A DNA stretch of 64,000 nt, from positions 26,841,486-26,905,485 of the forward strand of contig NC_068987.1 in NCBI RefSeq assembly GCF_001194135.2, given 5' to 3'. The stretch's first letter is position 1. Every line of letters starts with the position of its first letter. The stretch comes from Octopus bimaculoides (taxonomy: Eukaryota). The position numbers were made by a program, and so were the translations under genes. This document shows, piece by piece, positions 25,404 to 39,525 of the stretch. The notes under the pieces are model-generated. The model had not been told where the DNA came from. It searched no databases and saw only the letters and a list, made by a program, of their open reading frames with translations.

Positions 25404-28400
25404 NNNNNNNNNNNNNNNNNNNNNNNNNNNNNNNNNNNNNNNNNNNNNNNNNNNNNNNNNNNNNNNNNNNNNNNNNNNNNNNNNNNNNNNNNNNNNNNNN
25501 NNNNNNNNNNNNNNNNNNNNNNNNNNNNNNNNNNNNNNNNNNNNNNNNNNNNNNNNNNNNNNNNNNNNNNNNNNNNNNNNNNNNNNNNNNNNNNNNNNNN
25601 NNNNNNNNNNNNNNNNNNNNNNNNNNNNNNNNNNNNNNNNNNNNNNNNNNNNNNNNNNNNNNNNNNNNNNNNNNNNNNNNNNNNNNNNNNNNNNNNNNNN
25701 NNNNNNNNNNNNNNNNNNNNNNNNNNNNNNNNNNNNNNNNNNNNNNNNNNNNNNNNNNNNNNNNNNNNNNNNNNNNNNNNNNNNNNNNNNNNNNNNNNNN
25801 NNNNNNNNNNNNNNNNNNNNNNNNNNNNNNNNNNNNNNNNNNNNNNNNNNNNNNNNNNNNNNNNNNNNNNNNNNNNNNNNNNNNNNNNNNNNNNNNNNNN
25901 NNNNNNNNNNNNNNNNNNNNNNNNNNNNNNNNNNNNNNNNNNNNNNNNNNNNNATATATATATATATATATATATATATAAGCGAACTTTAAGTTAGTGA
26001 ACATATGTTTGTGACATATTTCAACTTCTAAGGCAAATTGACTGACGTTACCATGCAGCACAGATTCACTCTTCAATAAAAAACGTGCAGTGCTTTCCCG
26101 TGTCGGATTCTCAGATGCGTTTCTCGCTCTTTAGTCATTATCAATGGGAAATATAGAAGAGAGTTAACTGTACTGCCAAATAGCAATCACCACAATATGA
26201 AATCAATAATTAAGGTGGGAATATTACGGGGTACGAAATTATTTGTCCAAATTTACTTAGTTTCGTCTCGTTACGTACTGAATTTAAGTTTAGTGCTGTT
26301 GAATCATTTTATTATTTTCTTATTTTGGATTAAATAGATGATATAATCCTTCTTACATTTAACTCAGTAATGAAAGATTGTTATTTGATTCAGAGAGGTT
26401 CAGTTGAATTGTCGGTGCAACCCTACTTGTGTAGAAATATTTTGACAATAATATGGCCTCCGTAATATGGATACAGATGTCTGATAAGTTTAAAATGCAT
26501 ATACTCTTATAGAAAAACAATTAGTAATTGCATTGTAAAAATATTATTAAGAAACGTAATGTATAATAGAATTGTTTTTTCAAATGGGCTCAAATGGGAT
26601 CAGACATATCTGAAAACAGAGCTAAGGCGAATCCAAATACCATTTAACAAGTTTATGACAGCCTATCAACATGATGAATTAGTTGGGTTTAAAGATCAGT
26701 ACAATGCTATGACACAAACCTAATATTGAAGTTATTGATCTGCATCTCATTACTAGTTTTGGTACAGGACTATCTCTTATGGCTCATTTTCTTCATGTAA
26801 TGCGGTTAGAGGAAGTCAGCTTAGTCAATATTATGCCTTTCCAAGCGTGGTTAATAGAAGCATTTGATATTGCATGTATTAAAATATACAATAAATTGAC
26901 TGTGGTTTCTCCAGACAACAGGCAGGCATAATTAAAATCTTACTAGCGCAGCTTACTTACATCTTATTACAAATATTAATTGCTGTTAAGATGAATTTTC
27001 AGGGAACGCCAGTAATTATGTATTATCTGGTATACAATCTTAATTTTTCATGATATTCAGCCTTACCAGCAAAAATGCAAGAAATATTAATGATTTCTAA
27101 TAATGTCACATGGTTATAAATTGTAATTGATTTGTTTGGGATGATAAATAATCGAAAAAATTTGCCAAGTATTTAATCGATATTTAAATCAATAACTCTG
27201 GAAAACTCCTCCAGTGAGAACTCACTGGATGCGATCCAGCAGCCAAGATAAGCAGGCAAATTTCTTTGAGATGAGGCCGTATGTATTCGAAAAAGAACTT
27301 ACTTGATGTCATTGTCCTTGGTGAATAGTATCACACACAAAAAAGAACAAAACATCGGATTTAAACATAAATAAAAGGGCTTGTACTACTGTGGAGGTTG
27401 TAGAACACGAAACTCTTTCAGTTGATAATATGTAAACAAATGAAAAGGATTTTGCCACACAACATAATGGTGCCATGTTTCTAAACAATATGTTTATGAC
27501 CAGAAAAACTTTCTATAGAATAAGTAAAAGAAACCCATGAAGTAGGTGGGTAAGCTGGATGAAGGTATAGAAAGGCTGTGAAATGCTTGGAAGCATGAGG
27601 ATGCTTGATAACTGAATAAATTTGATGGATGAGATTGTAGTTTTTGCGGTTCCATATGGAGTGACATATTTGGTATGAAACCTAGGTTAGAACAGGTCGT
27701 AAAGAACAAATGAGGTTGAAACTACGAAATATGTAAATGATCGTAGGACACTTAACTAGTTAGAAGAATGTTGCCAATATTCAAATAACTTTGAGATCAG
27801 CTGTATCCAGTTATAAATAGAAATAATATATAGACATCGGTGATTAGATGAACGTAGCCTCGTCTAAAATAAAACAAAATATAAGTAAATCTTTACGTAT
27901 AGCTTATGGCAATAATTTAAAGTGATGTAAAACGATAACGCTTATCTCTTCACTTACTGATACATCGCTGCGCATTTTGGGACGCTGATTTACATATTAA
28001 AACTTAATAAACATATCAACACTAAAAGCAACAAAAAGAATGGAATATCTAAAAATTCCAATGAACAATACTACAGATTTTCGCAGGTCCATATTATGTT
28101 TGCTCATTACAGGGGAACAGAAGCAGCAATGTTGTATGTTTGTCGTATATATATACGTTAGTGACTGGATGTAGGTGAGTAGAGGTAATGGAATTATGAT
28201 AAAATATAGATAATGAGCACAAGTGATGAGTGTGGGATAAAAACATACGAGCGATACAGCATAACTTACCTGTATTTTTCAGGACAAAATAAGATAAAAA
28301 AGAAACTCAGGTTATGCTGGGTAGATACATGCGCGCATGCATACATACATACACACATACATGCATACATACGTACATACATACATACATATACGTCCAT

Positions 28401-28849
28401 ACGCATTCACATATGGACATATATCGATAGAATGATAAATAGAAAGATAGACAAAGAGAGACATGTAGATAGATAGACAGATACAGAGAGAGTGAGAGAG
28501 CGTGACAAAGAGATAGTTGTGTTACTAGATATGATATACAGAGTAAATGTTCGAGACCTCATGAACATCCTAGTTAGGACAATCAGAGGTAATGGATGAA
28601 ACAGAGAAGAGAACATCCAGTGCATAGCTACCTACACCCACCAGAGTATCTTGTAAACGATAGACTACCCTTCTAAACACACAAACAATTGACTCGCTTT
28701 CTTTTACACTGAACTTCCGTGAGAAACTACCAGCAACAATAGTCAACTCGACTGAGGTTTTGTTCGAAACCCATAAATTTCAAATATGTTATTTTTAAGA
28801 ACACGGCTTTATCACACAATAAGAAGATAAGCATATTTAAAGCGGATAT

Positions 28850-29330
28850 AGTTCGGACGATGAACAACGTTCCATTCTGTGCAAACGCTGTGAAATAGAA
28901 AGAATTGCACAGGACTTTATGCCTCGCATGCAGTTCTTTGTCTGCAACCAGAAAGAGAGAGTTAGAGTGTACAGGAAATCTAGGAAAAATTTCGATGGTA
29001 TCATAAGGATTTCAATGGGACCTGCTCTAGATACTAAGGCAAACATTGGAACAGAATATAGAGGACTAGTGATAAAGCAATTAAAATAAGCACATGGTAA
29101 AACAGATATTTGAAGGGCTATGTCGAATGGGGAGTTAACCAGCAGGTTTGGGAATATTACGAAGGAGGCTAAATCGAACATCAAATTTGCAGGGAAAAAA
29201 AGGGAGATCCATCAGGAAACAATTATATAAGACATATGTATTTTAAAAGAACACATGTTCTGATAAGATCTGTATTGCATGTCCTTCGAAGATAATCTGT
29301 CAAAGATCAACATAGTGGCATATTGAATCA
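28850..29330 (+). mobile_element. Possible Penelope-like element RT/thumb remnant
   Basis: RKSRKNFDGIIRISMGPALDTKANIGTEYRGLVIKQLK*AH resembles the PLE motif RxRNIIWFNPPFS.NVKTNIGK.FL.LI.KHFP..H. Weak. Confidence 0.3.
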
Positions 29331-30269
29331 AATTAATACTGAAAACTAGCCCGAGAGACTCATTATTACGACAGATACGTGGGTCATAAATGAGCAGTTA
29401 TAAATGACATAACCACTGCTACTACTCATGCAACACATGCAAAAGTGCATGGGTGTGTGCATCATTGTGGGTGCAATGAAATGATTGGGTATAGGAATGT
29501 GTGTATAGGGTAGTTTTCAAATCACTGCAGGATAACACAGAAATCCATGAAGAAAAATACATGTAATTATGAACACTTGCAGTATATAGCAATACACATC
29601 CACGCACACGCATACACACAGAAAATCACAAACGCATACACACTAGGACACACAATCATACACTCACATCAACGAACACATATACGCATTCACGAAAATG
29701 GATAGAAATATGTACAGGAACTCTTACACACATGTTTACACACATACACGCACATACGCGGACATACTCACGCGTGCAAGAACGCACAGACGCAAACTTA
29801 CACACAGATGCTTACTTATTCGTAAAAACAATAGGCTACAAAATACGTACATATGCAAACAGACACAGACAGACACAGACACAGATACACACACACACAT
29901 GCACACACGCACACACACACACAAGAATGCACACACACACACACACACAAGAAAGCATACACCAAAACACACGCAAACGCACGCAAGACTACATCCCCCA
30001 TACACCTGTGCACACACACACACACACACATACACACGCAGCACACAACAGAAAGCTCACACATAAGGAAACACTCACGTATATACACCCCAATACATGC
30101 ATACATACATGCATACATGCGTGCATACATACATACATACGTACATACATACAGGTAGACAGAAAATCTTCGCTACCGCAAGCATATTATTGAACGAGTC
30201 TGATATATAATAAATTTGCTTTTAACTTATAGAGAGTATATACAGAGATGAGGAAAGGAAATACTCTTT

Positions 30270-30595
30270 TTTATTCTAGCCCGAAACTTTTGGGGAGTGG
30301 GCCAGTCGATTAGATGAACCCCCGTACGCAACTGGTACTTAATTTATCGACCCCGAAAGCATGAAAGGCAAAGTCGACCTCGGTGGAATTTGAACTCAGA
30401 ATGTAAAGACAGATGAAATACCGCTAAGCATTTCGCCCGGCGTACTAACGTTTCTTATTTCTTTACTGCCCACAAGGGGCTACACACAGAGGGAACAAAC
30501 AAGGACAGACATAGGGATTAAGTTGTAGCGGCAGACGAAATACCGCTAAGCATTTCGCCTACCGTGCTAACATTTCTGCCAGCTCGCCGCCTTGA
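30270..30595 (-). mobile_element. SINE family B dimer (first unit internally deleted)
   Basis: Same internal junction as at 425-868 (ctaacgtttcttatttctttactgcccacaaggggcta). Head ctgccagctcgccgcc at 30577-30592. Confidence 0.85.
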
Positions 30596-31202
30596 GGAAG
30601 GGAAATATTACCGTTAAGAAATTCTCCTCCCAAAAAGATCTTCAATCATTCTGGTTGAAAATCTGAAACGAAAAGCAAACGTCAGCCTCAATGTATGGTG
30701 GCTAAATGCAGTAAAAAAATAATAAGGTATCAGAATCTGTTGACTCGCAAATTTTACCATAGCTGTAGGCAAACTGCATAATGGGAAGCAACTGGAAGGG
30801 TTCTAATAGTTGGATACTCACATAAGAGGTTGACATTTTACAGGAAAACACTAATAAGAAACACACATAAGCATAAGATTCGTTCTAAGACAGATTCAAA
30901 GGAGATCATGAAGAGTGTTTTTTTGCAGGAACAAAAGTCTTTAATAACTCAATAAACTAGTCAATAGTTCAAGATATAGAGCTTAATGTACTAATATATT
31001 TGCATGTTTATAAAATAGTTTAGGTCACTTTGATATCTTTAAATCTAATGCGAAAAGAACCTGTTTGTAGATCAATGAAGTGGGTTAATGTTTAACAAAA
31101 GGCAGCAGTATAAAGCAAAATCAATAACGCAGTGGAAAATTCAAATTACAAATGGGGCTGAATTTGAAATTGTGAACTTTTAAATCGATAAATACATATA
31201 TG

Positions 31203-31241
<39 letters not shown>

Positions 31242-31357
31242 NNNNNNNNNNNNNNNNNNNNNNNNNNNNNNNNNNNNNNNNNNNNNNNNNNNNNNNNNNN
31301 NNNNNNNNNNNNNNNNNNNNNNNNNNNNNNNNNNNATATGCATATCTATATCTATAT

Positions 31358-31395
<38 letters not shown>

Positions 31396-31544
31396 GTACA
31401 CACACACATATATATATTTGATGAATAAGTGTGTGCGCATATGTTGGCTTTTTCTATTGCTTGTTTCTGTAAGTGGACTGTGACCAAGACGAGGTACCTG
31501 CCTTGAAGAATTTCTAGTTGAATGTAACAATGGCAGTAATTATT

Positions 31545-31885
31545 TATTTTTAAGACTAGTAGATATGCAAACGGGCTCTTTTTGCCGAACCACTAAATTA
31601 CGGGGACATGAACACACCAGCACCGGTTGTCAAGCATTAGTGGTGAGGATAAACACACACGCGCGTGAACGTGCATACACACACACACAGACACACACAC
31701 AAATAAATAAACACATATATGCGATAGGCTTCATTCGGTTTCCGTCAACGAAATCCACTCACAAGGCTTTTGTCGGTCCGAGGTTTTAGTAGAATACATA
31801 TGGCAAGTGTATCACGCAGTGGATTCGATCCCCGAGCCTCATTGCTAGATAGCAAGCTTCTTACCATACAGCTACCCCTGCGCCT
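31545..31885 (-). mobile_element. SINE family A copy
   Basis: Minus strand: ggtagctgtatggtaagaagcttgct...cttgccatatgtattctac...gccttgtgagtggatt..; internal (TG)n; 3' half ccccgtaatttagtggttcggcaaaaagag. Confidence 0.8.
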
Positions 31886-31929
31886 GTATCCACTTGTGCA
31901 TCTGTATGTATATTTATATGCATACATGC

Positions 31930-32330
31930 AAGCGTGGCAGTGTGGTAAGAAGCTTGCTTCACAACTTCATGATTCTGGGTTCAGTCCAACTACGTGGCAT
32001 CTTGGGCAAGTGTCTTCTACTATACCCTCGAGCGAATCAAAACTTTGTGAGTGGATATGGTAGTGGGGAAACGGAGAGAAGCCAGCCGTAAATAAATATT
32101 ATATATATATATACATATAATTATTTATTTGTGTATGTCTTTGTGTCTGCGTTTGTCCGCTCAACATCACTGTTGAGGTTGGTATGTTTCATGTCCTCGT
32201 AAAGAGACCGACAGAATAAGTACTAGGCTTACAAAGAATTAGTCCTGGGATCAATTTTTCGGCTAAAACCATATAAGGCAGTGATCCACCATTGTCGCAG
32301 GCAAATGACTGAAACAAGTTAAAGAATTAC
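31930..32330 (+). mobile_element. SINE family A, full-length (CORE-SINE-like)
   Basis: A box tggcagtgtgg, B box ggttcagtcc, catcttgggcaagtgtcttctactata (CORE-domain-like), internal (TA)n, 3' tail aaatgactgaaacaagttaaagaa. Confidence 0.85.
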
Positions 32331-32417
32331 AGAATATATACATATATATAAAGATTTACTTTTCGTAATGAGATAAAAAAACGAAAGCTGTGTACATTTT
32401 AGAACTTTTATAAATAG

Positions 32418-32465
32418 GTCTTACAGCTGTTTCCAGGATATTTACTTTATACTTTCATCGGAAAC
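32418..32465 (-). ncRNA. Decayed type I hammerhead-like motif
   Basis: Minus strand: gttt CCGATGA A agtat..atatcctg GAAA CAGCTG TA agac. Palindromic stem III, stem I gttt/agac, core U4>C, broken stem II. Confidence 0.4.
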
Positions 32466-33489
32466 GGTGTAAGAAGATGTTAAGCAATAGTTAATTTAGA
32501 TAATCACCGAACCTGGAGCTTAACAATTGTCTATCCATTACACTCACTCACCATTACCTGACACCTCTGTGTCTCATTGACACCACTGCCGCTCATTATA
32601 TATATATATATATATATATATACTTACATATATACATGCATGCGTACATACATACATACATACATACATGCATAGAGAGACAAGCGGTTTAATATATAAT
32701 ATCTTATTCTGAAAGAAAATGAGAGAACAATTAGAGACTCTACCTTTAGCGTTTAGAATTAGCACATGTTGAAAATTGTTGGATGAGCGGAAAATCAAAT
32801 GTTATGTAAACTACATTTAAGAATAATTTTAGATATTAAAGCTTCTAAATACTGTAATATCGTAAAACAGAGACATGGCAAATATGTTGGGAGGAAAGTT
32901 GTAATTCATAACACCTAGCGTCATTCTAGTAACAGAGATAACATTTTATGGAAATGTAGCTCCTCCGGGAAAACATGATTATAAAAGAAGAAAGAAAAAA
33001 GATTGAAAAGAAACGAAATAGTTACCTTAGAAGATGTATTATATATTCTAGAAAGATGACATGTATTATAGACAAGAATGTCAAGAGGAAAATCTATTTT
33101 AGAGAATGTGATAGAGAAAATTAACTTGAAAGCGCTAGGGGCATTTATGGCCGACATGGTATATGCTAAGGAAGAACCATACTGGAAGCGATTTAAATTA
33201 AAGTGGTCGGAAACGGCTCAAAAGTCTATGCATGACTGTTCCGTCATGAATGTTTCTGTCGAAATATAACGGTGAGCAATTCGACCAATAATACCATTTG
33301 AAGATAAATAAATCATATACGTGTGCAACAACACTGTGACGGAGGCAATAGTGTATATTACCCACTCATATGTGCACGAGGCCAGACGCAAAACTGTACG
33401 AGATAATGAAGAAAACATTAAAATATGTATGCATGCACACACGTGTGCGCGCCCCCTACACGCGCACACGCACCTATCTATCTATCTAC

Positions 33490-33529
<40 letters not shown>

Positions 33530-33886
33530 ATGTCAATGTGTATGTATATACAGATATATAACTGTATATGAGCAAAACCAACGGCTAGAACCAATAAGCG
33601 CAGACACAGGGAAAAGTGATTTACAGATACACGTTGGCACGCAGAAATACTCAGACAAATGCATACCTGCAGGCACACAAATTACACACATACACACGCA
33701 CACACACGCATACGCGAAGTCACACACACATACATACCCCATAGATGTAAACGTATGGGAGCGTCACTAAATTTTTGATCGACCTTCACTGAATATTTAC
33801 ATGACTTGCCTTGATCATCTTAAATCTATCGGAGCCAACGTCTGAACAATGCAGATTTCTGAGTGAGCGATATAAAGACAGAAGAA

Positions 33887-33958
<72 letters not shown>

Positions 33959-36299
33959 TTAATTGAAAAGTAGTAACAATATTCTTTTGCAGAGAAAAAT
34001 CGGAAGATCTATTTGGAACACAACAGTGTTACCAAATATCATAAAGATTTATTTATTTTTTGTTTGTTTGTTTGTTCTATAATAAAAGATAATAATTTGA
34101 GGAAGAAGTTTGAAGGTAAGTGATGGAAGGTTGAATGGGCAAAGGAAAGAGTTAAACGTGAGCGATGTTTAATTGAATATAGGATCTCTAGCGTGGTTTT
34201 CTGTAAAAAATTCTTGAGGTTAGGAAGAGTGTGATGAAGTTTAAGGAATGTGAAATTGGTTTTATTCTGGGATTTATTAGTTTGGGGTCTTAGCCTATAT
34301 GTGTGTGTACAAGTGCACCACTGATTGAGCGTGTGTGTGCACGCTTGTTTACGTGTGCGTGTGTGTGTGTGTTGTGTGTGTGAGTGTGTGCATTCATTCG
34401 TGAGAGTTTTCTTTATAAAATTATTTCCTGGTATGAGTTTACGAAAAAAACATGGGGTAACTCAATATAGTAAACTAAATAAATATTCAAATAAAGATTT
34501 CAGTTGCAACTATACCAAAATATATATTTTATATTATATGTTGTATATAATTCTAATAAATATGCATATAGCTGTAATTTTTTTTTACATATTTGTTAAT
34601 AAGTTCATGTATGTTATGTCTATGCTATTTTGTTTATGTGTATAAATGCATCTGTGAGTATGTGCATATGAGGGAACGAGTTTGTATATGTGAATATGTG
34701 CGTTCGTCTATATATAGATATATGTATATAGTTATTATAATTCTAGAATTTTAGTTTCTTAGATTCTTTATACCTGATTTTCAATAAAGGTTTAACACTT
34801 TTGAAATATATATATGTATATATANNNNNNNNNNNNNNNNNNNNNNNNNNNNNNNNNNNNNNNNNNNNNNNNNNNNNNNNNNNNNNNNNNTCTATATGAA
34901 CTCTATTAATCAATTTATAACATGGCATTTGTTAGTTATTTCTTGTTGTTCTTTATTTTCTGTTGTTTATGTGTTTTAGTATGTGCATGCGTGTGTTTGT
35001 GTTTGTATGAGTGTGTGTGTTTGTGAGGGAATAAAAATTCCATGTAAGTTATCTATGTTTACATGTACGTGGGTTTTTAGTATTTTGCTGTTAAATTTTT
35101 GAAATGCTAGAAAGTGTGAAAGAATATTAAATCAGTGGCTGAAATAATACTGTAAATAACGATTTCGATTAAAGGTTCTTGAAATACGTAATATATAAGA
35201 TATGATCTATATAATTGAATTTTGTTATATAGTGTTTTGAAATAAAAACGAAAATTAGAAATTCTAAGATATAATGTTGTATATTATTGATGGAAAACTT
35301 AGAGGCTAGTAAGAAAAATATAAAAATTCTATTGAATTCTCTGTGATCTTATATACAGTGAACAGTATTAAGGTCTACATATGTGTATAGAGTTATTTAG
35401 TTCTCTGATCTTTTAGAGAATATTATGGAATATTATCAATGAATAGTAATAGCAAAAAATAAGTTTAAAGGCTAAAGTTTCTCAATGTGTATACTAAAGA
35501 ATATGTACTAAGCTATTCTATTTTGTATTAAGTGAGTGTGAGGATATAATAAAAAAGTGTTATTTTAAGTAACTGACTAACGTAGAAAAAACAGGACAGT
35601 TATACGCGGGCCTATGAACGTATATACATAATTTATACAAGCACACCTCAACTTAGGTCGGTAATTGGTTGGAAGACATGCGACATAACATTAAAATGAC
35701 GTAATACGAAAATACAATTTTAAGAATTTATCAGCTTATATCTGTTTTAATAAAAGCCTAGTATATATTCTCATATGTATTTTATTTGATCTTTTTTTTC
35801 CATTTCGGTGTTTGATTTCAGGCGCTTTTATATATATATATATATATNNNNNNNNNNNNNNNNNNNNNNNNNNNNNNNNNNNNNNNNNNNNNNNNNNNNN
35901 NNNNNNNNNNNNNNNNNNNNNNNNNNNNNNNNNNNNNNNNNNNNNNNNNNNNNNNNNNNNNNNNNNNNNNNNNNNNNNNNNNNNNNNNNNNNNNNNNNNN
36001 NNNNNNNNNNNNNNNNNNNNNNNNNNNNNNNNNNNNNNNNNTGTATGTATATATTTTTTTTGTGATATTCATAAGCATTTGCTGAAACCGACATAAAGTC
36101 AGATCAATCGACTGATGTTAAGGCTAATTTTTCAAATTAATTTCTTAAAAAATAAAAATGTAACTCGACAAGACGTAAGCAGAGTTATGTCTCCATTTCG
36201 ATTTAATATGTACCGATATAAAACATTGTGATTTATATAAATCTAAATAATGGATTGTAGTAAACTTTCGTAATGAATCTAGGTAAAAGGGTTAGGGGT

Positions 36300-36590
36300 A
36301 GGGTTAGGTTCAGTCCCACTGCATGGCACCTGGGGCAAGTGTCTTCCACTATAGCCTCAGGCAGACCAAAGTCATGTGAGTGAATTTGGTAGATGGACAC
36401 AGAAAGCCTGTCATAAATATATGTGTGTGTGTATGTGTATATATGTGTGTGTGTGTTCGTTCCCCCCACCACTGCTTGATAACCAGTGTTGGTGTGTTCA
36501 TGTCCCCGTAACTTAGCGGGTCGGCCAAAGACCGACAAAATAAGTACTAGGCTTACAAATAATGTATCTTTGAACCGATTTCTTCGACTA
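36300..36590 (+). mobile_element. SINE family A copy
   Basis: ggttcagtcccactgcatggcacctggggcaagtgtcttccactatagcc...(TG)n...ccccgtaacttagcgggtcggcc...tactaggcttac. Confidence 0.85.
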
Positions 36591-36860
36591 AAACGAAGAC
36601 GAAATACCGCTAAGCATTTCAGCCGGCGTGCTAACTTTTCTAATTTCTTTACTGCCCACAAGGGGCTACACACAGAGGGGACAAACAGGGAGAGTCAAAC
36701 AGATTAATTCGATTATATCGACCCCAGTTCGTAACTGGTACTTAATTTATCGACCCCGAAAGTAAGAAAGGGAAAGTCGACCTCAGTGGAATTTGAACTC
36801 AGAACGTAACGGTAGACGAAATACCGCAAAGCATTTCACCCGGCGTGCTAATGCTGCTAC
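36590..36860 (-). mobile_element. SINE family B, tail1 unit plus start of second unit
   Basis: Core plus tail1, with the conserved dimer junction at ~36630-36660. Confidence 0.8.
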
Positions 36861-37514
36861 CTTTTCGCCGACTTCATGTGTGTATATATGTACACACACA
36901 TACACGCATGAACAGACAGAGAGACAGACAGACAGGCACACACAAACGTTGTGTTACGGGGACGTAAACACACAAGCACCAGTTGTCAAGGAGTGGTGGT
37001 ATACAAACAAGGAGAGAAGATATCCTCTGCATGTGTGCTTGTTATATATATATATATATATATATACATATATATATNNNNNNNNNNNNNNNNNNNNNNN
37101 NNNNNNNNNNNNNNNNNNNNNNNNNNNNNNNNNNNNNNNNNNNNNNNNNNNNNNNNNNNNNNNNNNNNNNNNNNNNNNNNNNNNNNNNNNNNNNNNNNNN
37201 NNNNNNNNNNNNNNNNNNNNNNNNNNNNNNNNNNNNNNNNNNNNNNNNNNNNNNNNNNNNNNNNNNNNNNNNNNNNNNNNNNNNNNNNNNNNNNNNNNNN
37301 NNNNNNNNNNNNNNNNNNNNNNNNNNNNNNNNNNNNNNNNNNNNNNNNNNNNNNNNNNNNNNNNNNNNNNNNNNNNNNNNNNNNNNNNNNNNNNNNNNNN
37401 NNNNNNNNNNNNNNNNNNNNNNNNNNNNNNNNNNNNNNNNNNNNNNNNNNNNNNNNNNNNNNNNNNNNNNNNNNNNNNNNNNNNNNNNNNNNNNNNNNNN
37501 NNNNNNNNNNNNNN

Positions 37515-37815
37515 NATATACTCCGTCGGTTACGACAACGAGGGTGTCAGCTGATACGATCAACGGAACAGCTTGCTCGTGAAATTAATGCGTAAGTGAC
37601 TTAGCACTCCACAGACACATGTAACCTTAACGTAGTTCTCAGGGAGATTCAGCCTGACACAGTGTGTGACAAAGCTGGCCCTTTGAAATACAGGTACTAC
37701 TCATTTTTACCAGCTGAGTCGACTGGAGCAAAGTGAAATAAAGTGTCTTGTTCAAGACGGGAATTGAACTCACGACTTTACGATAGTGAACCGAATGCTC
37801 TAACCACTAAGACGC
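37515..37815 (-). mobile_element. SINE family C with long 3' tail
   Basis: Minus strand: cttagtggttagagcattcgg (A box), gagttcaattccc (B box), ccagtcgactcagctggtaaaaatgagtag; tail ctccctgagaactacgttaag shared with 44455-44590. Confidence 0.85.
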
Positions 37816-39023
37816 ACACAGAGTTTCTTATTTGATTTGTATTGAACTCTTTGTGTTTGCTTATTCAATGTTGCCAAAAATCAAGACTAATAACACACGC
37901 AAAATACACATATTCACACTGGTAAGCTTCTTCTCGTCTTCACATTAAAAATTATAGTACACAAAAAAAAACACATATATAAAAAGAAAAACACACATAC
38001 ATGAGAATAAAAATTTCAAAAATATATCCTAACATGTTTTATCATTCTTAAGTATCATCACTTCTTTCTTGACCTCGATGTAGTCAAAATCAAAAGAACA
38101 ATTATAATAACTGCAATATCATCACGTTATTAAAGATGAAGCTTTGTATTGCTCTTTATAAAAAACAAAACGTATAAAAGAAAATTACAAACTGTTCAAT
38201 TCGCCGCAAGGAAACACTTAGTGTCCTAATCAAATTAGTCTTAGTTTTACAGTGAATATGTATGTATGAATATGTATTTGTGTGTGTGTTTGTCTTTGTT
38301 GTGTGTAAGTGTTACTATGTGTGCGTGTGCGTGCGTGTGCGTGCGTGTGCGTGCGTGTGGATATATATATATATATATATNNNNNNNNNNNNNNNNNNNN
38401 NNNNNNNNNNNNNNNNNNNNNNNNNNNNNNNNNNNNNNNNNNNNNNNNNNNNNNNNNNNNNNNNNNNNNNNNNNNNNNNNNNNNNNNNNNNNNNNNNNNN
38501 NNNNNNNNNNNNNNNNNNNNNNNNNNNNNNNNNNNNNNNNNNNNNNNNNNNNNNNNNNNNNNNNNNNNNNNNNNNNNNNNNNNNNNNNNNNNNNNNNNNN
38601 NNNNNNNNNNNNNNNNNNNNNNNNNNNNNNNNNNNNNNNNNNNNTCTAACCCGCTAGAAAGAGCAGCAAAAGACTACATACCACAAAAATAGGGATAATT
38701 TCGAAAGGGAATGAAAAATAAAAACGTTTACCAATCTATATTCTGTACCATGGTTTCAAGTCAATTTTAGTAAGATAACAATTATATATCTTACAAACGT
38801 CGGACTAACATCGGCAGAATGACCAGACAACATATGAAGCACGAGTCAATAGGGAGGATGGTTCGTGTTTCTATGTCTAATTTTTCAAATTTACCGCGTA
38901 TTTGCGGTTTACCTAATCGGCATTAATGAGTAATACATAGTCTATTGACTGTTTTTTACTCTTGCTAGACCACTGGTGGTAAATAAAATTTCTAAAATTT
39001 TTTTGGTACCCTATAATTTATTA

Positions 39024-39054
<31 letters not shown>

Positions 39055-39135
39055 TTACAGAAAACAAAAAGACAAAGACAGGTGTATGAACAACAAGCAG
39101 GTGTAATAGTTTCACACTCGAGAAAGTGATAAAGT

Positions 39136-39171
39136 CTTTTACGTTTCGAGCCTACGCTCTTCAAGAGAAAG
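39136..39171 (-). ncRNA. Minimal type I hammerhead-like motif in repeat family F (39050-39175)
   Basis: Minus strand: CTTT CTCTTGA A GAGC gtag GCTC GAAA CGT A AAAG. Stem I CTTT/AAAG, perfect stem II, ACGT stem III, GUA triplet; core has G5>C and A6>U. Confidence 0.55.
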
Positions 39172-39479
39172 GATACACATATATACAAATACACACACAC
39201 ATGTATTCATAACAAATATGTATAACATATGGATAAACCATCACATGTGCCATAAGATTTCAGAAATGCAATATATGTTATATATATGCATATATATTTA
39301 CATATAATACTCTTATATAAACGAGTGGCCAAACGAATGAAAGAGGTATGCAAATCATTATGTAGGTGTAGACAATTTTTATTTTAAGCTTATAGTCGAT
39401 TGGGTCTTCAAACATTGTCTTGTGGTTTATTTTACCACTAGGTTTATTTTCTCTACCTCCTCTTTCTTTTCTCTCACTT

Positions 39480-39525
<46 letters not shown>

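Noticed and set aside
6480-34120. Isolated plus-strand splice-like sites (donors 6488, 34116; acceptors 9987, 21130, 33990)
   Set aside because: Adjacent frames close quickly and no consistent exon chain could be built.
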